A stretch of DNA of 14,825 bases from Methanothrix sp. (GTDB lineage: Archaea; Halobacteriota; Methanosarcinia; Methanotrichales; Methanotrichaceae). A program made the position numbers and the translations under genes. The DNA lies in assembly GCA_040770465.1 (NCBI GenBank), contig JAXGJB010000049.1, positions 1 to 14,825 of the forward strand. The letters run 5' to 3'. The notes below the pieces were generated by a model. The model ran no database searches and was not told where the DNA came from. It saw only the letters and a list, made by a program, of their open reading frames with translations. Positions 8,401 to 14,164 of this stretch are shown here, piece by piece; position 1 is the first letter of the stretch, and each line of letters starts with the position of its first letter.

Positions 8401-10077
8401 GCTTGAGGACGATATCGAGATGCCATCGCCACCACAGCCTCCAACCCCCCCCCCCAAAATCTGGCTGTTCTCTACGATCTCATTGTTGTTGCTTCCGGAT
8501 TCAAAGAATATGCCATGGCCACCGCCCTCGCCCTCGCCACAGCAGGAACTGTTACCTCCGTTTATGGAACAATCTGAAATAATATTGCTGCCCGAAGCGC
8601 TCAGGTTTATGCCGTGGCCTCCGTTGTTATCGCCCGTCCCAGCGCCTCCGACGATCTCGCAGCCCGATATGGTGTTTCTGCTGGAGCCTCCGTCAAGCAA
8701 GACGGCATCGAAACCGCTGCCGTTTCCGTTATCCTTGACTACACAATTTCTGATGGTGTTGCCGCGGGCCGTGACGTGGATCCCGTACCCCTTGTTGCCG
8801 GTGACGACCATGTCGGAGATGACGTTCCCGTTTGAGGTGACCCTGATCCCAGCGTGAGGGTTTCCGGAGTTCTCGACTTTGAAGCCATCGACGGTCGAGC
8901 CGCCGCCGCTGATGGTGAGAGGATCTCCGCTCCCGCCTCCGTTTATGACTGGAGCTCCGCCTCCGGTGTTGATCCCATGGAGGACGGTTCCAGGGACGTT
9001 GACGTTCACATTCTCATTGTAGGTCCCGCTCTCCACCTCGATGATGTATTTGGAGCCGTACTGGTTGATGGCGTTCTGGATGCTCTCGCCCGGCCGGACT
9101 CTGATGGTCCGCGAGTCGGGCTTGGGTCCGTCGGGTTCATCCGGGGGATCCGTATCTTTATCGCCGTACTTTACGACCTCGTTGTTGTCGGCGAAGGTGT
9201 TTCCTTCGGAGTTCACCGCGGAGATGTCGTCGTAGTTGTTCCTCGCGATGAAGTTGCCCGTCGAGTCCACGAGCCGGATCCCGCCTTTGATGTTGTGGAG
9301 GATGGTGTTATCGGTTATCCGGTTATAGTTGGACCTCTCGACCAGGGTCCCGTAGAAGCCGTTGTGGACGATGAGGCTTCCGGAGATGATGTTCTCGGAG
9401 GAGCCGAGGAGCCGGACGCCGTTCATGCCATTGCCGTTTATGGTGCTCCCTGAGATCCCGTTCGCCCGCGAGTTGTCGAGGAAGACGCCGTCGAAGCCGT
9501 TGTCGCTGATGCTATTTCTCTCTACGGAGTTGTTGGTGGAGTTTGATACCAGTATCCCGTATCCCCGGTTTCCTCTGACCGTGTTTCCGATGAGGGCGTT
9601 CCCGTTCGACCTCACATCGATTCCGGCGTGGGGGTTGCCCGAGTTCATGACGACGAACCCTTCGAGGGTGCAGCCGTCGGCGCTGAGGGTGACGGTGCTC
9701 CCGACTCCGTCGCCGCTGACGATCGGCTTTCCTTCGCCGGTGTCCACCCCCTTCAGGACGATCCCTGACTTGTTCACATCGACGGTCTCGCTGTAGTTCC
9801 CGCTCAGAACGTAGATGACGTCGCCGGGCTCTGAGGCATCGATCGCCTCCTGGATGCTGGTGTAGTCGACGCCGTCGCCGGAGACGGGGCCCACGGTGTT
9901 TGCCTCCGCCTCGCCAGGCAGCGCCGAGGCGCCCGGCACCAGAAGGGTCATATTGGGGGCGGGGTCGCCCTCCGATGGACCCGCTCCGCTCCCTTCGTCC
10001 TGGGCCAAAGCCAGGAGGAGGAGAAGAGCGAAGCAGAATCCAAATTTAACGAACCTATTCGGACGACTATTATCCAC
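5464..10077 (-). CDS. Large secreted/cell-surface protein (~1537 aa): signal peptide, 2 NosD/CASH-like right-handed beta-helix modules, 3 DUF11-like Ig domains, an unassigned duplicated beta-rich domain
   Basis: GTG at 10077 gives MDNSRPNRFVKFGFCFALLLLLALA|QDEG, a Sec-type signal peptide. YTSIQEAID...GDVIYVLSGNYSE and GESIQNAIN...ESGTYNENV open the beta-helix modules, which carry GIxLxxSxxNxIxxN coils. GNYWHDY..GDGIGDTPY..DHYPLM is the NosD-type C-terminal cap. VEKTA..TVTYTIRLYNNG..DIVVED, LTIIKDG..YTISVENDG..KDLFP and VTKTA..YLLEVQN..VVDTLP are DUF11-like. The start position is less certain than the gene itself. Confidence 0.85.
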   Translation of the reverse strand: MDNSRPNRFVKFGFCFALLLLLALAQDEGSGAGPSEGDPAPNMTLLVPGASALPGEAEANTVGPVSGDGVDYTSIQEAIDASEPGDVIYVLSGNYSETVDVNKSGIVLKGVDTGEGKPIVSGDGVGSTVTLSADGCTLEGFVVMNSGNPHAGIDVRSNGNALIGNTVRGNRGYGILVSNSTNNSVERNSISDNGFDGVFLDNSRANGISGSTINGNGMNGVRLLGSSENIISGSLIVHNGFYGTLVERSNYNRITDNTILHNIKGGIRLVDSTGNFIARNNYDDISAVNSEGNTFADNNEVVKYGDKDTDPPDEPDGPKPDSRTIRVRPGESIQNAINQYGSKYIIEVESGTYNENVNVNVPGTVLHGINTGGGAPVINGGGSGDPLTISGGGSTVDGFKVENSGNPHAGIRVTSNGNVISDMVVTGNKGYGIHVTARGNTIRNCVVKDNGNGSGFDAVLLDGGSSRNTISGCEIVGGAGTGDNNGGHGINLSASGSNIISDCSINGGNSSCCGEGEGGGHGIFFESGSNNNEIVENSQILGGGVGGCGGDGISISSSSGNKIRRNSQIGSEEGGGISLDSSDGNEISGNTEVTEVSLYYSSKNEISGNSEITGGINLYDSSENEVSGNSEITGYYGIYLDHSSKNEISGNSEITGIGGVGIGLYGSSNNSIVENKGITGASGIYLFSNFWGETSNNNVIKGNAIVGSSCGMKIEEGCDGNKIYLNEFDNSINAESYSEDNLWSSPEKITYQYNDIEYKNYLGNYWHDYNGSDRGDGIGDTPYVINDTSNETDHYPLMDPGIIDTVGLIDPLFVEKTASVSEVERGETVTYTIRLYNNGDLPATDIVVEDVFNREVELTAVSPSPDPDGLWRFDEIGPNESETITLEVRVPKQDLEYRHESRVRGMGFVNVDDAYSTAFDSYTLRNEVFVTYFNQTLGGNDSASDVEDVSVLGGRGTELRTREHGSGVYESDEAALVLTSNRSIKLDKEVSASYEPTTLGLYRNRTVTFSSRWTEESLAKNWATGTSMSESYRYATFIDRESRVKLDKNESTMEVESEFEGSGHIGVYSASSPDSSGSRSQDLEMLEDYAGSFRVYEKVDEYGSAVTSERSASGEGLVSTDRRLGESQRSSESGSGSYQAEEMIATSTSYIAKDLSLVSAPTSLRLTDNFSVNSSSRWSEGIWSRAKGRSLIAESYSGLDRLDKETVAMGLNAMETEANFSGTASYKTILVGNVDGKVDIDDRYEGDYTLERRVHIRGAPKYDRPHLTIIKDGSLASDPKSCNVFANYTISVENDGNEDLSPVYAKDLFPPGAEFINSTLRPTLGSGSASWTLTHLAVGERLDIDIWLNVTECRGELLVNRVEATGLYDDQSVTASNSSSFEVGWLSCDRPESTVTVTKTAYVSSTRPNEIWYLLEVQNRDDETKVAKVVDTLPTGLVLKESEPEFSSYEDDQVVWNLIDLGPKETRVIVYEVEALWSGMFVNSVSVSVQSVAGEIEASTGTSSSITVDEFEGELSEPGWTAPEWDFDYLAAPDVSI
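8111..8336 (-). repeat. Intragenic in-frame tandem repeat: four copies of a 43-bp core encoding (S)SxNEISGNSEITG beta-helix coils
   Basis: The + strand core ccagtaatctccgagttgccagagatctcgtttttgctagaat occurs at 8111, 8177 (2 mismatches), 8237 (1 mismatch) and, more diverged, at 8294. Periods are 66, 60 and 57 bp, all multiples of 3. Confidence 0.9.
8445..8455 (-). repeat. G11 homopolymer in the coding strand (C11 on + strand), currently in frame
   Basis: The + strand reads ccaa-CCCCCCCCCCC-aaaat. The coding strand reads ttG GGG GGG GGG Gtt, encoding L-G-G-G-V. Confidence 0.9.
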
Positions 10078-10120
10078 AACCCTGCCCCCACATGTGATGA
10101 TATATGTGTAAACTGTGAAT

Positions 10121-10137
10121 GGATTTAACTTTTTCCA
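10121..10137 (-). promoter_or_regulatory. Putative BRE/TATA promoter of the large surface-protein gene
   Basis: The minus strand reads GGAAAAAG-TTAAAT-CC, a purine-rich BRE followed by a TATA-like box (10128-10123), about 45 bp upstream of the GTG at 10077 in an AT-rich intergenic stretch. Confidence 0.55.
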
Positions 10138-10301
10138 TATTGACAATACGATAATTAAAAAATTGTCCGAATTCGTAGAACTCCGATCAGAGGAAGAGGC
10201 GGCCTTAAATGGACCGGCGAGCCATCGGCGCGCAAGGGCAGATGGTGGACTTGATGGGAATTGATGGGACTTTATATGCACTCCGCTTTTACGATCCCCA
10301 C

Positions 10302-10316
10302 AGAAAAGCCTATAAC
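10302..10316 (+). promoter_or_regulatory. Putative BRE/TATA promoter of the ABC ATPase gene, probably giving a leaderless or near-leaderless mRNA
   Basis: AGAAAAGCC-TATAAC lies about 25 bp upstream of ATG 10339. A second TATA-like TTTATAT sits at 10271-10277. Confidence 0.5.
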
Positions 10317-10338
10317 TCCGCCGCCCAACTTCCCTGGG

Positions 10339-11097
10339 ATGACCGCTCTGCTGGAGATAAAGGGCCTCTCTAAGACGTTCTCGGTGAAGGGGAAGCGCTT
10401 TGAGGCCCTCCGCGACGTCAACCTCTCGGTGGGAGACAAGGAGTTCATCTGCCTCCTCGGCCCCTCGGGCTGCGGCAAGACGACCCTTCTTCGGATCATG
10501 GCGGGGCTTGAGAGGCCCACCAGCGGCGAGGTCACCCTGGACGGCGTCCCCATCGAGAGGCCGGGACCCCAGCGGGGGATGGTCTTCCAGGAGTACTCCC
10601 TCTTCCCCTGGAGGACGATCCTCGACAACGTAGCCTTCGGTTTAGAGCTCAAAGGCGTCTCGAAGGAGGAGAGGTACGAGAAGGCCCGAAGGTACATCAC
10701 GGCCGTCGGCCTTGCGGGGTTTGAGAACAGCTACCCTCACGAGCTATCGGGCGGCATGAAGCAGAGGGTCGCCATCGTCCGGGCCCTGGTGAACAACCCC
10801 AAGGCCCTCTTCATGGACGAGCCCTTCGGCGCCCTCGACGCCCAGACCCGAAACGTCATGCAGGCGGAGCTATTGCGGATCTGGCAGGAGCAGCAGAAGA
10901 CCGTCGTCTTCGTCACCCACAGCGTCGACGAGGCGATCTACCTCGCCGACCGGGTGGTGATCATGTCCGCCCGCCCCGGCCAGATCAGCGAGATAATCAA
11001 GATCGAGATCCCAAGGCCGCGGGTGAGGACCAGCTCCGAGGTGAACAAGTACCGGGAGAAGGTCCTTTACGTCCTCAAGAGCCTCCGAAAAGATTGA
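10339..11097 (+). CDS. ABC transporter ATP-binding protein, NitT/TauT (nitrate/sulfonate/bicarbonate, TauB/SsuB-like) family
   Basis: Walker A GPSGCGKTT, MVFQEYSLFPWRT, YPHELSGGMKQRVAI, Walker B LFMDEPFGALDAQTR, VTHSVDEA and MSARPG. ATG 10339 (MTALLEIKGLSKTF) fits the family N-terminus better than the TTG at 10261. Confidence 0.93.
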   Translation: MTALLEIKGLSKTFSVKGKRFEALRDVNLSVGDKEFICLLGPSGCGKTTLLRIMAGLERPTSGEVTLDGVPIERPGPQRGMVFQEYSLFPWRTILDNVAFGLELKGVSKEERYEKARRYITAVGLAGFENSYPHELSGGMKQRVAIVRALVNNPKALFMDEPFGALDAQTRNVMQAELLRIWQEQQKTVVFVTHSVDEAIYLADRVVIMSARPGQISEIIKIEIPRPRVRTSSEVNKYREKVLYVLKSLRKD

Positions 11098-11225
11098 CGA
11101 AATTTTAAGGCTCCGTTGCCAGCCATATTCCGTCGATATTCCGTCCATCGTCAAAATTTTCTCCACAATCCTCGTTTTGTCCGCCATCAAGGGGCCGATC
11201 GTCGGCCGATGGCCGGATATGTTTA

Positions 11226-11240
11226 GGGAGCGTTTATATC
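11226..11240 (+). promoter_or_regulatory. Putative TATA box of the egsA-UPF0179 unit
   Basis: GGGAGCG-TTTATATC, with TTTATAT at 11233-11239, about 40 bp upstream of the probable start. A GGTGA Shine-Dalgarno-like motif lies at 11268-11272. Confidence 0.6.
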
Positions 11241-11277
11241 AGTAGAGATACGAATTTTGTCTCAGCTGGTGAAACCG

Positions 11278-12327
11278 TTGAGCAGATCCAAATGGATGGA
11301 GCTTCCGCGACTGGTGGTGGTCGGCAGCAACGTGGCGTCAGAGGTGGCCGACGTCTGCACAGACCTCAAACTGAAGGGCGGAGCCCTGATCGTGACCGGA
11401 CCCACGACCTCCACGCTTGTGGGTGGAGAGATCTCTCAGCGGATGGAAGATCGCGGCTTTGAAACAAACCTCATGATCACAGAATTCTCAAAACTCGAAG
11501 AGGTGGAGAGGGCGGTCCGGCTCGCGTCAGAGATGAATGCCGGCTTTCTCATAGCCGTCGGCGGCGGAAGGTCGATAGACGTCGCCAAGCTCGCCTCCGT
11601 CGGGGCGGGGGTCCACTTCGTCTCCATCCCCACCGCCGCCTCCCACGACGGGATCTGCTCGGCCCAGGCCTCCCTCACCATAGACGGCGAGACGACCTCG
11701 GTCTCGGCCCAGGCCCCCCTGGGGATCATAGCCGACACCGCCATCATCTCAAAGGCCCCCGAGAGGCTCCTCGCCGCCGGCTGCGGCGACATAATCTCCA
11801 ACATGACCGCCATAAGGGACTGGAAGCTAGCCCATCGGCTCCGGGGCGAGGAGTACAGCGAGTACGCCTCGGCGCTATCGGAGATGACGGCGAGGATGAT
11901 CGTCGAGACCGCCCCTTCCCTGAAGCCGGGCCTTGAAGAGTCGGCGAGGATCGTCGTCAAGGCCCTGATATCAAGCGGCGTCGCCATGAGCATCGCGGGC
12001 TCCTCGCGGCCTGCCAGCGGCTCAGAGCACAAGTTCGCCCACGCCGTCAACAAGATTGATCCGGGAAGGGCCCTCCACGGCGAGCTATGCGGCCTTGGCA
12101 CCATCATCATGATGTATCTTCACGGCGGCGACTGGAAGATGATCCGAGACGCCCTCCAGGAGGTGGGCGCCCCCACAACGGCCGCCGAGATCGGCCTCGA
12201 CGAAGAGGTGGTGATCGAGGCCTTGACCATTGCCCATAACATCCGCCCCGAGCGGTACACAATCCTCGGCTCGGGGATCACCAGAGAGGCGGCGACCGCG
12301 GCCGCCAGAAAGACACAAATAATATAA
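11278..12327 (+). CDS. egsA: NAD(P)-dependent sn-glycerol-1-phosphate dehydrogenase (archaeal ether-lipid backbone synthesis)
   Basis: [57 protein letters not shown] and RPERYTILG. The TTG at 11278 follows GGTGA by 5 nt. In-frame starts at 11257 and 11269 are alternatives. Confidence 0.96.
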   Translation: MSRSKWMELPRLVVVGSNVASEVADVCTDLKLKGGALIVTGPTTSTLVGGEISQRMEDRGFETNLMITEFSKLEEVERAVRLASEMNAGFLIAVGGGRSIDVAKLASVGAGVHFVSIPTAASHDGICSAQASLTIDGETTSVSAQAPLGIIADTAIISKAPERLLAAGCGDIISNMTAIRDWKLAHRLRGEEYSEYASALSEMTARMIVETAPSLKPGLEESARIVVKALISSGVAMSIAGSSRPASGSEHKFAHAVNKIDPGRALHGELCGLGTIIMMYLHGGDWKMIRDALQEVGAPTTAAEIGLDEEVVIEALTIAHNIRPERYTILGSGITREAATAAARKTQII

Positions 12328-12349
12328 TTATCAACTTGAGGCGAATACC

Positions 12350-12799
12350 ATGTCCGAAGCAGCTACACAGATCACCCTGATAGGAACCAAGCTCGCGACG
12401 ATAGGGATGGAGTTCATATTCAACTCCCCATCGCCGGAATGCGAGACCTGCAAGCTCAGGAACACCTGCACCAACCTCGAGTCGGGGAGGAGGTACAGGA
12501 TCCTGGGGGTTCGTGGGGAGCTGGTCCACGATTGCCCCATCCACGAGGCTGGGGTCCGGGCGGTGGAGGTGACCGAAAGCCCCATCATCGCCGCCATAGA
12601 CGCCAGGAAGGCCTTCGCCGGCTCCAAGACAGTCCTTGAGCCCCCCCGGTGCGACAGGTTCGACTGCACCATGTACGAGCTCTGCCACCCCGTCGGCCTG
12701 AAGGAGGGCGACCGGTGCACCATAGTCGAGCTGGTGGGCGAGGCCCCCGAAGATTGCGAGATCGGAAACAAGCTGAAGCTGGTGGAGCTGAGGCGCTGA
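12350..12799 (+). CDS. UPF0179 family Cys-rich protein
   Basis: [52 protein letters not shown] and a second Cys cluster. It starts 22 bp after egsA with a GAGGCG RBS-like motif. Confidence 0.88.
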   Translation: MSEAATQITLIGTKLATIGMEFIFNSPSPECETCKLRNTCTNLESGRRYRILGVRGELVHDCPIHEAGVRAVEVTESPIIAAIDARKAFAGSKTVLEPPRCDRFDCTMYELCHPVGLKEGDRCTIVELVGEAPEDCEIGNKLKLVELRR

Positions 12800-12809
12800 A
12801 GGCGTCTCT

Positions 12810-12836
12810 CCTCATTTCAATTTTCGAACTTTTTTT
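12810..12836 (+). terminator. Probable oligo-T archaeal terminator after egsA-UPF0179
   Basis: The pyrimidine-rich tract cctcatttcaattttcgaacTTTTTTT (T7 at 12830-12836) lies about 30 bp after the stop codon. Confidence 0.5.
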
Positions 12837-12854
12837 GCGATGCTGGAAGCCGTT

Positions 12855-13838
12855 ATGAGAAGGGTTCTCACCTACTCCCGGAACGTCTTCGTACCCGTCA
12901 CCGACGTCTGCAGGAACCGCTGCCTCTACTGCAGCTTTCGACGGGACCCCGGCAGGATCATCTCCCGCCGAAAGGCGATCGAAGTTCTGGACCGGGGGGC
13001 GGCCGGGGGCTCTGCCGAAGCCCTCTTCTCCCTCGGCGAGGCTCCCTGGCTCGTCTCCGGCTTCGCCGACCTCCTGGAGAAGACAGGTCGGAGAGACCTC
13101 ATCGATTACCTCATCGAGCTCTGCGAGCTGGCCCTGGAAAGGGACCTTCTCCCCCACACCAACGCCGGCCTCCTCTCAAAAGAGGATATGAAGAGGCTTG
13201 CCCCCTACAACGCCAGCATGGGGCTGATGCTCGAGACGACCGCCGACGTTGAGGCTCACCGATCGTCACCAGGAAAAAAACCCGATCTGAGGCTTGCTGC
13301 CATCGAGGCGGCGGGGGAGATGAGGATACCTTTCACCACCGGGATCCTCGTCGGGATCGGCGAGACGCCGGATGACCGGGTCCGATCGATCCGGGCCTTG
13401 AAGGAGATCCAGGATGCTCATGGGCACATCCAGGAGGTGATCGTCCAGCCCTTCGACCCGAAGCCCGGGACCGGCATGGCCAAATTCCCACCGCCCGGAA
13501 TGGAGACCCTCGTCGAGACGGTGAGGATGGCCAGGTCGATCCTTCCGCCGCCAGTGGCGGTCCAGGTTCCCCCGAACCTGGCCGATCCCCTCCCCCTCGT
13601 CGAGGCCGGAGCCGACGACCTGGGCGGGATCAGCACCGTCACCCCCGACTGGATCAACCCCGAGAGGCGATGGCCCGCCCCCCAGGAGCTCGAGGCCCGG
13701 CTTTCGGGCTTTGAGCTGAGAGAGAGGCTTGCAGTCTACCCCCGGCTCATCGAACTCGGATGGTGCGGGAAGAAGGCCCGTCCGCTGATCGAGAGGCTGG
13801 CGGGGCCCGACGGCCTTCGGAGGACGGCCGAGCCTTGA
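12855..13838 (+). CDS. cofG: 7,8-didemethyl-8-hydroxy-5-deazariboflavin (FO) synthase subunit CofG, radical SAM enzyme of F420 biosynthesis
   Basis: [23 protein letters not shown] (CxxxCxxC), [72 protein letters not shown] and LRERLAVYP. Start is ATG 12855 or ATG 12840. Confidence 0.95.
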   Translation: MRRVLTYSRNVFVPVTDVCRNRCLYCSFRRDPGRIISRRKAIEVLDRGAAGGSAEALFSLGEAPWLVSGFADLLEKTGRRDLIDYLIELCELALERDLLPHTNAGLLSKEDMKRLAPYNASMGLMLETTADVEAHRSSPGKKPDLRLAAIEAAGEMRIPFTTGILVGIGETPDDRVRSIRALKEIQDAHGHIQEVIVQPFDPKPGTGMAKFPPPGMETLVETVRMARSILPPPVAVQVPPNLADPLPLVEAGADDLGGISTVTPDWINPERRWPAPQELEARLSGFELRERLAVYPRLIELGWCGKKARPLIERLAGPDGLRRTAEP

Positions 13839-13904
13839 GGAGGCCTTTAAATGCCCCGGCGGAATCGCAAATAATATCTCAGATCAGCGCAGAGCGGGTG
13901 GGGT

Positions 13905-14090
13905 ATGAATAAGAAGGCTCTTGAGATAGGCGCAAGCTGTGGGCTCGTCTTTCTGATGATCGTGCTGATGATCCTGGTGGAGACGGCGGCGCCCGAGCCC
14001 TTCCGGCCCGCGGGGTTCGTCCTCGCCGTCCTCGCCTTCATGCTCCTCATGGGCGGGGCGGGGTTGGGGCTCATTAAAGCCGAGTCCTGA
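13905..14090 (+). CDS. Small hypothetical membrane protein (61 aa, two predicted TM helices)
   Basis: Basic N-terminus MNKK followed by two hydrophobic stretches (IGASCGLVFLMIVLMILV and GFVLAVLAFMLLMGGAGLGLI) joined by a Pro-rich turn. It has GC3-rich codons and a GGGTGGG upstream motif, and fills the cofG-sepF gap without overlap. Confidence 0.75.
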   Translation: MNKKALEIGASCGLVFLMIVLMILVETAAPEPFRPAGFVLAVLAFMLLMGGAGLGLIKAES

Positions 14091-14095
14091 AAGCT

Positions 14096-14112
14096 GAAAG
14101 AAGATTTATAAA
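14096..14112 (+). promoter_or_regulatory. BRE/TATA promoter of sepF-ZPR1
   Basis: GAAAGAAGA-TTTATAAA, with a consensus TATA box at 14105-14112 about 55 bp upstream of the sepF ATG. Confidence 0.75.
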
Positions 14113-14164
14113 GATAGGGATATCAAACTCGAGGAGCGACATACCTCCGGAGAGAGGGCGAGAT

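Noticed and set aside
7700-8600. Diversity-generating retroelement target or mobile element as the cause of the variable block
   Set aside because: There is no reverse transcriptase, no template/variable repeat pair with adenine-specific differences, and no transposase, integrase or terminal repeats in the window.
6073-9796. Plus-strand ORFs opposite the surface-protein gene (e.g. 6886-7713, 8306-8857, 8854-9453) and the repetitive minus-strand alternate-frame ORF 8106-8444
   Set aside because: They are antisense or frame-shifted shadows. The repeat in 8106-8444 is just the 43-bp DNA repeat read in another frame.
9180-9870. Calling the beta-helix protein a true NosD (nitrous oxide reductase accessory protein) with the neighbouring ABC ATPase as NosF
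   Set aside because: There is no nosZ, nosY or nosL, the ATPase is of the NitT/TauT importer type, and NosD-like beta-helices are common generic modules of methanogen surface proteins.
10094-10125. GTGATGA resembling a C box of a C/D sRNA
   Set aside because: There is no properly spaced CTGA D or D' box, and the sequence coincides with the predicted promoter/5' UTR of the minus-strand gene.
10078-10281. 68-codon N-terminal extension of the large minus-strand ORF given in the ORF track (1605 aa)
   Set aside because: It runs through AT-rich promoter-like DNA and would bury the signal peptide. GTG 10077 gives a canonical signal peptide with a BRE/TATA upstream.
10261-10338. 26-codon N-terminal extension of the ABC ATPase
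   Set aside because: It is Pro-rich, not family-like, and contains the TATA-like elements. ATG 10339 matches the usual start of the ATPase fold.
10209-10373. Possible 54-codon + strand ORF (MDRRAIGAQGQMVDLMG...) in the intergenic region
   Set aside because: It has no recognisable motif or RBS, spans TATA-like elements and overlaps the ATPase start out of frame, so it is most likely chance.
12855-13838. cofG without an adjacent cofH
   Set aside because: cofG and cofH are separate and often unlinked genes in methanogens, so this is not unusual.
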